Shown here: in pieces, positions 25,979-39,063 of the stretch
Layout of the letters: every line of letters starts with the position of its first letter
How positions within the stretch are numbered: the first letter of the stretch is position 1
Assembly: GCA_046563655.1 (NCBI GenBank)
Contig: CM102287.1
Location: forward strand, 10,106,001-10,170,000
Origin: Yuukianura sp. NJ FZ-2021
Lineage: Eukaryota
Length of the DNA: 64,000 nt
Reading direction: 5' to 3'
Position numbers and translations under genes: made by a program
The notes under the pieces: model-generated
Database searches by the model: none
What the model was told of the DNA's origin: nothing
The model's input: only the letters and a program-made list of their open reading frames with translations

Positions 25979-28756
25979 ATTCACACTAAAAACTAAACCT
26001 TCAACTTCAATTGGCTTCAGCACTTAATTTATCTTCATCGCAATTCGTACAACACAATTCGACCAAATACTTCCCATCACATCCGTTTCTTTGGTTTTTA
26101 GTCCGTCAGGAGCATCCTCTAAAGTTAAACTACTTTTAAGTCGCTTGTCCATGGTTAATTAGGATTTAACTTAATTAAGTTTGTGTAATTACAATTAGAG
26201 AAAAGTTAGGAACTGTTAAAATGCCTAAATGCCTCCAATCCTTGATCCTCTAGATGAGGTCAGGGTCAACAGGTCAATCAACAAAAAAAAACTTGTATGT
26301 TGTGGTGCATCTTATTTTGCCTAAATTACTGATTTAAAAAGAGCCTTCGATGTTTAATTAAGTTAAGGTTAATTAACAAAAAAATCCTTGAAAAAATGAA
26401 AAAGAAAAGGCTGTTTTTAGGTTTTTTGGTAATTGTGAATCTGTTAAAAAACGATGAAAGACTTGTGAGTGGAACAACTAAAATTAAGTGAACATTAATT
26501 CCTGTTTTAGTGCTAAATTCATGTAATTACTCTAATTACTCTGGATTCAATTCAATTACTTGTACATTATTGCTTTACTTTAAGTATTAGATGCACAGCA
26601 TGAGTTGATTAGTACTAATTAGCTAAAAATCTGATTTTTTTTTAAAGTTGGTAATTCAGGTATTTCGTAATTCATAAGTAATTTAAGTAATTCATTTACT
26701 ATTCAATTGGTGTATAGCAAAGTCTTAAAAAAAGTACCTTGAGTCCTCCTGCCCCTTGTGACAGGATTTTGGTTGCTTAGTTGGCAATTGTGGGATATTC
26801 CAAGAAACACTAAACCAGAGTTACTAATTGTAATTATAATTGTAATTATAATGGTAATTAAGGTCGTTGGTAGTTATTGAATTGTAATTGTAGTAATTAC
26901 TTAATTACTTAAATTGAGAGTGAGGAGGTTGTTAATCAGTGTCTTCGTGATGTTACAAACTAATTGTTTTTGCTACAAGTTCTTGATTTTTGTCAGAGAC
27001 GAACATTGTCCAAATTACTTGTGTTTAGAGGGATGACTAGAATCTAGAATTTTAGAATTTTTGTGGAAATGTAAACCTCCTCCTCCGTAATTGCGAAAAA
27101 CAATGTTAACTGGATTACTAGTTAATTAGTTAGTGATTGTAAACTGTTTGTATTATTAATTCTTGTGTCCATGAAGGAAGAGGAGAAAAACTGCTGCCTT
27201 ATAATTTAAAAGTGAAGTTAAAGTTAGCAAGAAAGTGTAATTGTTTCTGTATTTTTGATTCAGTTTCCTCCCACCATTACTAAACTCCCCGAAAAAGTTT
27301 CAAAAAAGTTGGCTACAAAATGGGATCAGATGAAATGGAAAAAATTCTGAGTGAAAAGAATAAAATGCTGTTGAAAAGAATAACTTCGCTTGCAGATTTC
27401 GAATTTCTTTTGCACTTTTTAAAAAATAGTCTATGGTTTTGATCAAAATTTGCTTGTTCTTGGAAAACTTGGTGTAAAAGTTGAGAAAAATTCGAGAAGT
27501 TGTTTTCTTGGTTTCGACACCATTTAAAATTAAAAATAATTCATCCCATTTATCCCGCTCATTTTTACCATGTCCGATGTTTTTAATTTTTGATTTTAAT
27601 TTTTCATGTGGCGTCAAAGTTTTCCGAAATTTCAATTCCCAACACTTTCTCAGTTTCGTTTAAAATTTTGAGAACTACAATTAAAAGCTAAAAGTAATTA
27701 AAAACCAAAGAGCTTCCTTCGTTCGCACATTTATTCAACCAAAAAAGGCTACGTAGAAGGAATGCGATGAGAAAAGCGGAATAAATAAGACTTCAGCGTA
27801 GTAAATTCTAACAGCTACTAAAACTAAACATTTTACGTAAAAACGTAAACAGGAAAACTACCAAATGTTTTGAACAAAAATTGAAAAAATATTTCACAAC
27901 TTCTACAAAGTTACTACAAAATGATTCAAAATTCTACAAATCAACAATTCTAGAAAACTAAAAACTACTATTTAGCACAAAATCCCCGAGACTTTTCTAC
28001 AGGTAACAACTGGAATTCTCAAAAACCTAAGGAAAAACTAAAAATCTAATAAGAAAAAAAATGGAAATTAAATTATTAACGTATTTCAAAGAGATTTTGT
28101 ACCAACAAGAAATACAGATTTTGGTTTTTTACAATGACTCTACAAAAATTTAGCTTTTTTTCGTAATGAGTTTCATAAAGTCATTGTTTTCAATAACTAA
28201 TTAAAATCTATAAAGTGTTAATTACTCTAATAAATTGTGTTTATAATCGTAATAATTTTGGTACTTAACTCTAGTGCTTGATTACTAGTTATTGGTATTT
28301 TTTGGTAGTAGAGTGCTCAGAATAATTACATAATTTCGACAATATTTCAACTTTTTTTTCGCAAGTGATTAGAATTTTTTACCTTCTTTTTGCAATCGGA
28401 GGTAGAAATGGCACAACGCGCAGGTCTGTTTTTAGTTTGAATCACACTTTCATTACTTTCTAGCCATTAACTAATTAACACTGAAATATTTTTACGTAAT
28501 TACTCCAAATTGCAACGTAATTACTTCAAATTCAACTAATTTCTAAGTTTTCAACAAAACGATATCATTTTGTCAAAAAATGGTAAAAGTAAAAACTAAA
28601 TTACTACGAAACGCATAGATTGAAATGAAAAAAATGCTGGGCTGGAGAGATCAAATCCTAGAGTATGCTACGGTAAGCTTAGCGCGTCAATTTAAAAAAT
28701 CGCTTCGTCTTTCCCGCGCTTACGAATGTTTCTGACATTTGAACGCTTGAAGGGTT

Positions 28757-30558
28757 TCAAATGAGAAGAGAATTCCGACTGGAATGTTGAGAGCGACCAG
28801 TCGGAGTGGAACAAGCGGAAAAAGACGGGCGTTTGCCCGTTCTTGTCCGCAATTGGCCCGTTGTGGGTGGAGTTGACATGGGACGTTGAAGTAATGGATG
28901 TCCAACAGTATGACTGCATGGGGTCACTGGAGTTGACTGTGCTGAAGCTGCATAGCGACCGCCGTTTGGAGTGCTGAACCCAAAATGATTGAAGGCTCCA
29001 CCGTAGGAAGCACGCCGCGGTGTTCCAGTTTTGCTTCGACATGGATCGTTTCTGACTAAAAATTCTTCCAGCGTCTCCCATCCTCCGCCGATTCGGACCA
29101 TCACGTGAACGCCTTTCAGAAGCTGCGAAAAACGAACATTTTCAAAACGTTGAATAAAAATGTTTTTCAAAAATAGAAGTTTTTCGCTTTTTTTTTAAAC
29201 TTTGTTTACCCTAACAAAAACAGTGCGACCATTGATGAGATACTTCCCTTCAGAGAGTTTTCTCAGCCGAAATTCCTTTCTGGTTTCTTCTACACAACAG
29301 CAGTGTTCTCCAGACGATCGAGCTACTTCACTGACCTGAAAAAATTCAGAAATTGAAAAAACTTCTCAAAAACATCTCAAACTTGACGAAGGGCAAAGCT
29401 TAACCAACCTTCAAATCCAACTGTGTCTTTATAACTTTTGAGTCACCGTCTCCATCTGCCAATCCGGAATCAGCGCTTCCAGCGAAGTTCAATTTCAGCG
29501 TCGACGAAGCCTTGACTGGAATTCGACTCGTTCCTTTTCCTCTGGAGTAGCCTTTTCCTTTGGAAATCATTATTTTTGGATTTTCTTTGTTCGCTTCATC
29601 ACTAAATGCTTCGTCTTCATCCGTCGTCGTTCCTGTTCGTTGACTTTGATTGTCAGCAGCTTCTCCATCGATTTGATGTTCCATTGCAACGAGCGTCGGA
29701 GGGTCAATTCCAAATTTGACCCCCAGTCGACCCACTTCCATCAGACAAATCAAAATGTTACGCACCTCTCCATGACTCACTGAAAAATGTTTTTAAAAAA
29801 ATGTAAATTTCCAAAATTAAAAACACGCAACTGTCACGCTTTGTTCTCAAACTCACCCAAATCTTCCGTTTCAAAAAGCAGATTGGTATGGACGCCCAAG
29901 TCTTTACAAAATTGGATAAACATAGCAATGTTGTCACGAGCAAAAAACGATCCTCGTCGAGCATTCGGTCGCATTCGGCCATTCAGTTTTGGCGTAACCT
30001 GTCAAAAATATGAAAAAGATTGAAAAAAAAGAAGAAAAAATGGTAAATTTTCAGTTTTCTTATCAAAATTGTTGCTAATTTGTCTAAATTTTTGTGTTTC
30101 GGCTTCACCTTAGCGTTTGATTGGGCTGCAGCTCTCGTTTCCAGAAGTTTTCCCAACTTGAACAGGATTTCGCCAGTTTCCAGATTTTGAATAAGAGTGG
30201 CCGGAGTGAGTGAGAGCCCGAGAATTGAATTGAGCCAATCCGAGAGGTCATGAGCAAGCGGCAGGAGAGATCGTTCTTGATTCCAAATGATTCTTTCATG
30301 AAAGAGGTACAAGTGCTCGTCATCCGTTTGCGGAAAGGCGGCTTCTTTGCGGTTTCGCTGGAGCAGCGATGAGTTAGAGCTGAGTTGACTGTTGCTTCCA
30401 GTAAAGGCAGAGTAGAGGGGACTAGCACTACGGCGACGCGAGAGCACTGGACTCCCAGAACTGGACAGAGAAGTGTACGAAGCTCCGGACGAGTAACTGT
30501 CATGAACTGGACTGTATTCTCGCACACCCAGAGATCGTCTTCGGTACTCCATCATCAT
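28757..30558 (-). CDS. GAS2-like protein (CH domain plus GAR domain)
   Basis: LLPLAHDLSDWLNSILG...ARDNIAMFIQFC...VRNILICLMEVGRLG (CH) and CCCVE..FRLRKLSEGKYLING...LLKGVHVMVRIGGGWETLEEFLVRNDPCR (GAR). The 3' end is uncertain. Confidence 0.88.
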
Positions 30559-33415
30559 CGTTGCACCCTGCAACAACAATGACAAAAAAATTACATAAAA
30601 ACTCACACTTTCCGCTTAAAAAAATGCAAGTTTTCCACACTTTGACACTTCTCAATAAAAAACTGTATTTTCCGAAGTTTTCACCAAAAAATGTATTTCC
30701 CAAACTTTTCACTAAAAAATGTAAGCTTTCGGACTTTGTGGATTAAAAACTGAACTTTGTGAAGTTGTGTCACTTGTGTCTTGTTTGAAGTCTAAAAAGA
30801 GACTGATAGACCAAGATTTGCGTCTGACCTTCGTCCTATTTCTGTTTTCTTTTGGAATTCCAACAATAGACACATTCGTCATTGACAAAAAGGGCCTTTG
30901 GATTAGAATTGAATGAGCAACAACAACGCAGTACGCCTGCTGGACCTCAAGTTGCTTTTTTCCATAACAGAAATCACAAAAAGAGTCCGAAAAAATGAGT
31001 TTTCCAATTGAAATTCATCCAAAGAAGGAAACTGTCTTAAATCTTTGTCGTGATAGAGTCAATCTTACGAGTTGTAAATCAAGTCCACCTCTGCAAACTA
31101 AATGGAAATTACCTCAACAAACACATTTACGACTCATGGCATTTGACACTGATGCGACTAGCAGTAAAACTTTTTACGGGGGTTGGTCCATTGAAGACGA
31201 TTTAAACGCCCAGACATTAAAAATTCTTTGGAACTGTGCAATTGACATTGACAGCCAACGTCACTCGGAGTAAACAAACAAGGACTGAATTGGTTAATAA
31301 TTGAACAAGATTCTCTGTAAAAGATCAACAAAACGAAAAAAATGCTTACCTAAACGTTTTAGTAGTTTCTGAGATTCTGGATTCGGTGAACTTAGCACAT
31401 GAACTGAAGAAACTGACACATTTTCGAAGATTTTCGAAGATTTCTTTGACGATTTTTGAGATTTTTAGAAGATTGGACCAGTTTTAGATTAAGCACCAGA
31501 AAATGGTTGTGCAGAATCGCTGACACGACCACAGCACAATTCAAATCCAAAATGGCAGCTTTCCGGCAAGATTCTTAGTAGAAAGGGAACGATGTTACAA
31601 CTTTTTTTGACTTTTTGTTAAAAAGTTTCACTTGAGTAATCACAAACTCACATATTTTGGGAAGAATGTTAACGTTTTCTCACATCTTGAGAGTCAATGT
31701 TTAGAATGGAGGACCGACAGGATTTGGCCCTTGTCACTCCGCCTCTTGTTCACTGCTGATCATCCCTGCGTTCCTTCGTTGGGCGTTGCTGTTGTTAGGT
31801 GTGAGATCAGAACCACTTCTTGAACATTAGTTTCCAATGTCATCTCCTGGCGGATCTCCCCTGTTCATTTACATTTTGAAGATGATTTTCAATTATTCCT
31901 TTTCACATTTTAACAAGGTTCATCTACACACGGCATCCTTTACCTAATAACTCCGTTTTCATTCACACAAAACATGAAGAAAAACTTACTCAAATGGGAT
32001 TCTCCATTATGTTGTTCCTATTTTCCTGTTTTTGCACGTAATCCAAACAAGGGTGACCACCAAGTTATCACCAAAACCAGTAATTGAAAATGCAGAAATC
32101 GTTCCAACTTTTAGTAAAATTGGGTCACTCGCATCACCACCACCGAGGTTGAAGTATACAGACGGAGATCAATTCAAGTTAAAGCTTGTTTCACTACTTG
32201 ATCTCCTCTTCTGTCGTGTTTCTAATGACTCTGAAAAACCACAACAAATAACACGTTGGATATAAATCCAGCCCACAATGAATAAACTAAGTGTACACTA
32301 CACTTTTTACTACATAGTAAAAAGAAACAAACCACAACAATAGTCTCAGTTTGAAAGTCGATTCTCTCTAGAAGTGATCAGCCAGAATTCAAATCTGAAA
32401 CCAAAAGATCGGAATCTTGTTAGAAACTTTCTACCCATGTAAAAAAGTGTTGTTAAATTACAATGTTTAAGGGGAGGTTGTTACAAAGACTCACCGACAG
32501 CAGTAGACGAAACACTTTTTGTGATACTTTGGAGAGATTCTTGACTTTAAGATGAAGAGGAGGGTGTGAATTGTTGAGTAAATTGGTCTTGTTATTCTTG
32601 GTGTTCAATTTATTGTTGGAGTCTGAGATTTCCAAGGGATGATAAGGGATCTGTGTTTCGTATCCTGTCAACTTCCTCGTTCCCTATCCCTGTCCCGTCT
32701 GCTCTCGTTTCTCCTTTCACAAGATCAATTTTAACATCATGAGACCAAGATATACCCAATCACTTCTTACGTCACATTCACATGCGAAACTTACCAAGGG
32801 AAAGCACGGAAACCAAGTCACGCTCGGGATACGGTGGATCAATCGACTAGAACGATAAATCCATAAAAACGTTTGAGTAACGATTTAAAAAAGACAATTT
32901 TGTAAGAAGTTAATGTAAAATTGACGAGGAGATTACTGATTAACTTTGGCAATGGTTAGATAAGAAATGACCAGAAACATTTACAACTTACGAGTGGAGT
33001 GAAAGATGGACGTGTGCAGAAGTCCAGTTATTCTGGTATCGTTAAACTCACAAACTAATTAAATTGTCATCAATCAACAGAGCAAACGAGGAAACTTCCT
33101 CTTTACCAAACCGCAAAAGAAGGAAATGAGAAAATAATGAAACCAAGAAAAAAAATGACAATAACGAGAATGGAAACCCAAAAATTGTTAGTTTTCAACG
33201 TGTTTGGGGGAATTCCATTAAGAAATGAGCCAGAAAATGTGAGAAATTGACTCAAATTGGTTACCTGTTGATTACTAATTAAGATTTTAACAAGCTAAAG
33301 ACGAGAGAAAGTGAGGACAATAAAGAATTTATGCAAATTTTTTGTAGAATTTTTGTCACTTCCATAGTAGAGATTTGGTTTAAATACATACAGAAATTGA
33401 CAGTCCAGCAGAAGC

Positions 33416-33488
33416 GCCCGGCTAGCTCAATCGGTAGAGCGCAAGACTCTTAATCTTGAGGTTGCCGGTTCGATCCCGGCGTTGGGCG
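33416..33488 (+). tRNA. tRNA-Lys (anticodon CTT)
   Basis: 73-nt cloverleaf: acceptor GCCCGGC/GTTGGGC, anticodon stem CAAGA/TCTTG around CT-CTT-AA, T-arm GCCGG-TTCGATC-CCGGC. A T-run terminator follows at ~33497. Confidence 0.95.
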
Positions 33489-33911
33489 TAACTTTCTTTT
33501 TGGTTGTCAAAATCTTTATAAATTTTTTAATAATTGGCTTCAGTTTATCTTGAATTCAAAATTTTTTTAAAAATATGCATTTTCTCGGTATCATTAGCAA
33601 GAAAAGCTGATTTGAAATTTTGTTTTCACAAAAAGAGGTGTTTGGCGTCGATGTCCTATAAAAGTAGCGTCAGAAATATTCTACATAAATCTAAAAGTCA
33701 ATGAACTTATAACGAAAACTTGCAGATGCTGGGAAAATAGGTGAATTGGTAGGAGAAATTTCCAAGTGTGAATTAATGCAATCGTTAATTAATTACTAAT
33801 TGCTTTCTACCCTGATTAGTTTTTCATCATTCTCCAACTTGTGCTACAGAATAGACCCGAATTTTCCAAATTTCACAAATTCTGCAAATTTTGAACAAAA
33901 GCAACTCCAAA

Positions 33912-34379
33912 ATGGCAGCCACAAGAACATTACTTCCTGTTCTGTGCTTAGCACTCATTGCAGTTCAGGTAAAGTTTTCCAATTTTGCAAAATTCTTAAT
34001 ATTTCAGCATTCTCAACACAAATTTTTCATGAAGCTTTTTGAATTTTTAGGTTTGTTCGAATGTGATTCCAAGCGAAGTTAAAATGGCACCAGCAGCTTC
34101 TGATGTGGAACAGGTTCTTAGTTTTATTGAAAATTTAAACTGTTGACCTTTGACCTCTGCTAAGTGTTGGTTGACTTTTGAAAGGGTTTGGACGGAGGTT
34201 TCCGTGACGAGTCTGGAACGACGAAGCGTCCAAGTGACCAAATTTCTGACATTTTCGGAGGAATCTTCCAAGGGCTCGTCAAAGCTCCAGGTCAAATTGC
34301 AAATCGAGTTCAAGGAATTCTGGACGGACTTCTCCGGCGACCGGCAGCAACTACTGCAAAATCTACGATCTTCGAATAA
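33912..34379 (+). CDS. Small secreted prepropeptide-like orphan, 104 aa (3 exons)
   Basis: Exons 33912-33968, 34051-34113, 34185-34379. Signal peptide MAATRTLLPVLCLALIAVQVCS and a KR/RR-flanked amphipathic segment. Confidence 0.7.
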
Positions 34380-34389
34380 AACAACTACA

Positions 34390-34540
34390 AATTCCCGAAA
34401 TTTCATGTTCGCAAGATTGTACATTCGGAAAATTTCAAGTTCGCAGGACTGCACATTCGTAAAATTTCATATTAGCAAACTTGCACATTCGCAAGATTGC
34501 AAATTCGAAGAATCCCAAATTGCATAATTTCAAGTTTGCA
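34390..34540. repeat. Degenerate repeat (ttcgcaagattgcacattcg/aaatttc)
   Basis: Several visible copies just downstream of the secreted orphan. Confidence 0.5.
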
Positions 34541-34904
34541 AAAGTTTGATTCATTTGTGGAGAAACTTTAAATTGTTTTTAATTAATTTCAAAGTCGATC
34601 AAATAAAAATATAAATTCTCCTAAAACAATTAAATCAAAACTTTTTTTTAAATGAAAATGCCGTATCTCAGAAAATTATTTTTTCAAGTGGGTTTGAAGT
34701 TTCACTCCAAAAAAATTCATCAAAACAGCATTTTTTTGTGTATTCATTAATCTCACAACTGTCGCTAATTACACAAAACCATACTTAATACAAAAATTAA
34801 CATAGTAATTGCTTTGAATAAGTAATTAACAAATTAATTACAACTAATTCAAGTGCTCATTTCATACAAACTTTTTCACCAGTTTTTCCTCAGAACTTTT
34901 CAAG

Positions 34905-35667
34905 ATGAAACCAACTTTGCTTTTCATCGTAATTTTTTTCAGTGTCTACTTTATGGTAAAACATTCCAAAAAATGAATCTTTTTCTTTAGAAAAGTTAGT
35001 GACTAATTTTGGCATTTGGCTTTTCAGGTGAACACATTGACTCTCGACTTTCAAAATTCGAAAAACTTAAATTTTGAAAACCGGAGACCACGTCAATTTG
35101 GATTTGGTGGAGGAAGGGAGGAAGGGAATGACGAAGATGAGGAAGAGGAAGATGAAGAGACGACCGTCAAGGGCCCCGGGCACGAAGGGATCCTCGCAGG
35201 GCTCTCCGGAATTTTCAAAAACGTTGTCTCCGGAAACGCAAATGGAGTCGTCGGTAAGTTTTTGCAATTTTTTGCACCAATCCAAAGCATTTCTAAACCA
35301 AAACTTTTGATTTTCAGAGAGTTCGTTCAACTTTGTGCCACCAGTTTACCAGAAGCAAGTGAACCAAGCATACGGAGCAATCGTTGGCAAAACAACGACC
35401 GTCCCACCATCAACCACGGAGCCACCAACCAGCCCCACCAAAAGTCAAGGTCAAGAGGAAGTAGTTGAAGAAGAAGTGGCCCCAGCACCAGCCCCACCAA
35501 AAAAGAAGCCACCACCACCGAAATTGAAACCAGCAGCATCAGCGCCTTATGGAATTCGAAAGCGTCCAATCGCTGCTATCGCTGCAGCGATTCAAAAACA
35601 ACCGACCACTGGAGATGACGAAGAAGACGAACTCAGGCCATGGGGAAGCGTCAAAAAATTGGAATAA
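34905..35667 (+). CDS. Secreted orphan with furin site, acidic tract and Pro/Thr-rich region (3 exons)
   Basis: Exons 34905-34955, 35028-35253, 35318-35667 are in frame. Signal peptide MKPTLLFIVIFFSVYFMVNT and RRPR/QFGFGGGR. Confidence 0.7.
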
Positions 35668-36021
35668 GGAAATTGGGAAACAAAAATTAAATTGTAAAAT
35701 TTATGCAAACGCAATTGCAATTTCCGAGTTGACGAAAAATTCCTGGAAAGTTGAATCGGAATCCGGTTTTGAATAAAAACCAAACGCTGGCATTGGGAAT
35801 CCTAAATTTTTTGCAATTTCTTTCCACACGCGATGTGACTAATGAAAAGCCACAAATTGTGCCATTTTTGTTTTTGTAATTCGCAAATCCATTCTGGAGC
35901 AACAGCAAAAATTACTCACTTGTGCAAATTTTTTTTGCAAGTTTTCTGGATATTTAAAATTTTTAAGTCTGCAGTATTTAGAATCCAGCCCACAAATCGT
36001 TTTCACGAAATTTTTTCAGTG

Positions 36022-36772
36022 ATGAAAATTCTTGAAAAAATGGTTCTCCTTTTCGTTTTTGTGCTAATTTTGGGGCAGATTGGGGTAAAAGCAAAAGAGT
36101 GCAAATTGGCATGTCCAATTCCGTTGACGGTTGACGTTAAGTGTGGGTCAAATGGGGTCACGTATCAAAACAGACAAGAACTTCTCTGTGCCAAAAGTAG
36201 TTGCGATTCCAGTAAGTTTTTGAAGAAAGAAATCAAAATTTTGAAAAAAAAAATAAATAAATAAAAAAGTTTGAATTTTGGTTTTTTGAATTTTTTAGAT
36301 TTGTACTTGGCTTATAGCGGACCGTGTAAAGCTCAAAAAACGCGATTGATCAAACCAAGAACAAAACCAGCCACAAACTCTAAAGCGAATCACATCAAAA
36401 TTGAATTTGCAGACAAAATGGAGTTGCCGGTTTCAAAAAATTTGACAACGCAGACGCGGGAAACGCAGCGGTCACTGAAGCCAAAATGTCACAAACTGGA
36501 TGATTGTGTTTGTGATCTTGTACTGTCCCCAGTTTGTGCTTCAGACTTGACCACTTACGGTAACATAACAGATTTCAAAATCCAAATTTTCAAATTCCTA
36601 ATTTTCAAAATTTTGAACAGGGAATGAGTGTATTCTGCAGTGTGCTCAGGCGTGTGACCCTGGAATTCGGATTCATCATGGCGGATTCTGCGGCAGAATC
36701 TTTTTTAGAACAAATTATATCGGATTTCCGTTTTTCAAAAAACTCTCCGCAGATGGCAAAATTTTGACTTGA
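36022..36772 (+). CDS. Secreted two-domain Kazal-type serine protease inhibitor
   Basis: Signal peptide, then CKLACP..VKCGSNGVTYQNRQELLCA..C..LAYSGPC and CVCDLVLSPVCASDLTTYGNECILQCAQAC...HHGGFC. Confidence 0.88.
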
Positions 36773-37042
36773 ATAAAAACTTAATCTGAAAATTTTCTGA
36801 AAAATTTTTGTCTCGACAACCAAAAGTCAAGAAACCAAAAACTCTAATTGTAAACAATTTCAAAAAATTCAAAAAAAAAAAATTAAGTTTTGCACTGAAG
36901 AAACGATGACAGTAATCCGATTCCATGTTGGCCAGCTTAGTCAGATTTCCGATTCTTTTGAAATTCAAGATCAAGTAATCGATTAACGTCAAGAAAAGTT
37001 AAGTTAGACCATTTTTTGACTTGACCTTTGACCTTTTCCAAC

Positions 37043-37862
37043 ATGGCTGCTTGGGATGGACGTGCCAAGGCCAACAGAAACATGTTGACAGAAAGTTTTC
37101 CCAAGGACGTTCACACTTTTCGCCCAAGTACTCAAGAACCTCAGCCAAAATCAAAAGGCAATTTCAAAAAAGTCCAAAATTTCGAAACAAATTTTTGGAA
37201 AATTGAATTTTTTGAAAAGAATCTTTTTGATTGCAGAGCCTGAGACGACGGAATACCGCCGAGCGTTTATTGCCGAGCGGAGCCAAGATGGCGGCCGAGT
37301 CGCCGCAGGCGCAACGACGAGACGATCAAGCAGCTTGTCCAACTCGTTGCCAACGCAACAGCGTCGTCACGTTCCCACAAAAACGTTTATGCACTCCAGC
37401 ATGGGGTCGAGTGGACCAGAAGCTAAGACGGACTGGACAACTTCGTACATGAGAGACTTCATTCGGCCAAGCACTTCGGGCGCAGTCGGAAGTCGTCGGA
37501 AAAGCAACAAAGAACCAATCACAGCAGCTCCTGCCCAAGTACAACCAGAAACAACTGAATCGGCACCCTCAACTGCCACAGCTACACCAGAAATGACAGA
37601 ATCAGCAGCGATTCCAGGCCCAGGTGCATCGGCAGCGATTCCTGCTTCAGATGCATCGGCAACAACTCCAGAGGTCAATGACCCCGGATTGAACACAAAA
37701 AACAAAAGGTCACCAGGGGTCAACAGCGACACGATGAAAACGCTGCTGCGTCACTCCAATTACTTGCCGAACCCGATTCCGGAACGCCGCCGATCCTTTG
37801 ATGACGACGAAAATGCAAATCCGGCGCTCAAGAACTTCATTACGTCAATCACACGCAAATAA
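37043..37862 (+). CDS. Uncharacterised, largely disordered protein with TEYRRAF / WTTSYMRDF motifs
   Basis: ATG at 37043, a short intron (donor ambiguous) and a long exon 37237-37862. Poly(A) signals follow the stop. Confidence 0.55.
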
Positions 37863-37999
37863 ACTAAACAAGCTCAAATAAAAACTAAATAAAACTATGA
37901 ATAAAACGATATTTAAAATTATGAGAATTTGAAAACTTAAAAACATCGTTTTTAGTTTTTTTGAAGATTAGTTTTTTGAGTTTTTTGAGCATGATTATA

Positions 38000-38802
38000 T
38001 TACTTTTGTCCGTGGTCGTATTCGTGAAGGAGTTTGGAAACAATTGTGGGTTTAAGTGAATGTTGGCGGTCAATGTCGTCAAAAAGCGGTCGACCTTCTT
38101 CGTCACGAATCGTGCTGTGTCGTCGTGATGTTCCAGCGGTGTTCCAGAAGTCCTTGACAACGGCATAGAGACAGAACATGGTTGCTATGTCCATGATGAC
38201 CTCCACTCCAAACATGACCACTGGACCAACCGACATGAAGTAGAAAGAGCCATACACTGCAATGTAGAACAGCAAAGAAGTGTAACCGATCACGAACAGG
38301 CCAAAAAACAAAATGTAGGGGATCAGCAGCCAACACAGATTCTAAAACACAAACAAATTTTGAAATTTTTAAAACTTTTGACATGTTCCACAAAAAAAAA
38401 CAGTTAGATGTATTTCGAGTATTTTTTGAAAATCTAACTTTAATTACTCCAAGAATGGCCACAACTGACACGAGCATGAGGAACCCCAGACAGATTTGAA
38501 GTCCTGGAATAAAAAAAAAAGTGGAGCAATTAAAATAATTTAGTTAATAATTTATTAATTTAACTTATTGATTTAATTAAATTGATTAAGAATAACTTTT
38601 GTTACCCAGAATGTAATCTTCAGAGACGTATGGCACGAGCACACTTTTTCGTACACTCAAAACTACCACATGAATTCCACAAACCTAAAAAATCAGATTT
38701 CAAAAATTATTTTTTTTTTTTTTTCAAAAATCGAAATTTTGAACATACCAGCAGCGACAGAAATCCGGCCCCAGCGCCTCCAAACATCGAAGAAGAATGC
38801 AT
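38000..38802 (-). CDS. Four-TM LAPTM/DUF4728-like membrane protein, paralog B (4 exons)
   Basis: LMLVSVVAILGVIK-NLCWLLIPYILF motif, about 4 hydrophobic helices and the same exon layout as the neighbouring paralog. Confidence 0.65.
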
Positions 38803-38966
38803 TTCAAACACAAATTAATTCAAACCAACACTTTTCCCAAAATCAAATCGAAATTCGAAAGGTCAAGATTGCCCAAAAAACATTTGAGAAACAAGGAATT
38901 TCGAAATTCCGAAAACAGTAGCAACTGCACGAAAACAGTGTTTACATAACTTGTTTACTTGGCAAA

Positions 38967-38980
38967 GTTACTCTGGCAAC
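38967..38980. promoter_or_regulatory. X-box-like motif GTTACTCTGGCAAC
   Basis: Resembles the RFX consensus, ~165 bp upstream of the paralog B ATG. Confidence 0.35.
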
Positions 38981-39063
38981 TAAACATTTTGCTCCAGACT
39001 TTCCTAAATCCATTTTTTGAAAAGTTCGGCAGAGTTCGGTTGAAATTCGGCTGATTTCGGAAT

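Noticed and set aside
26000..28690. Possible hidden gene between TRNAU1AP and GAS2-like
   Set aside because: Very AT-rich with only low-complexity short ORFs; best explained as long convergent 3' UTRs.
30700..33400. Short ORFs upstream of GAS2-like
   Set aside because: No recognisable domains or consistent exon chain; likely 5' UTR exons, introns and intergenic DNA.
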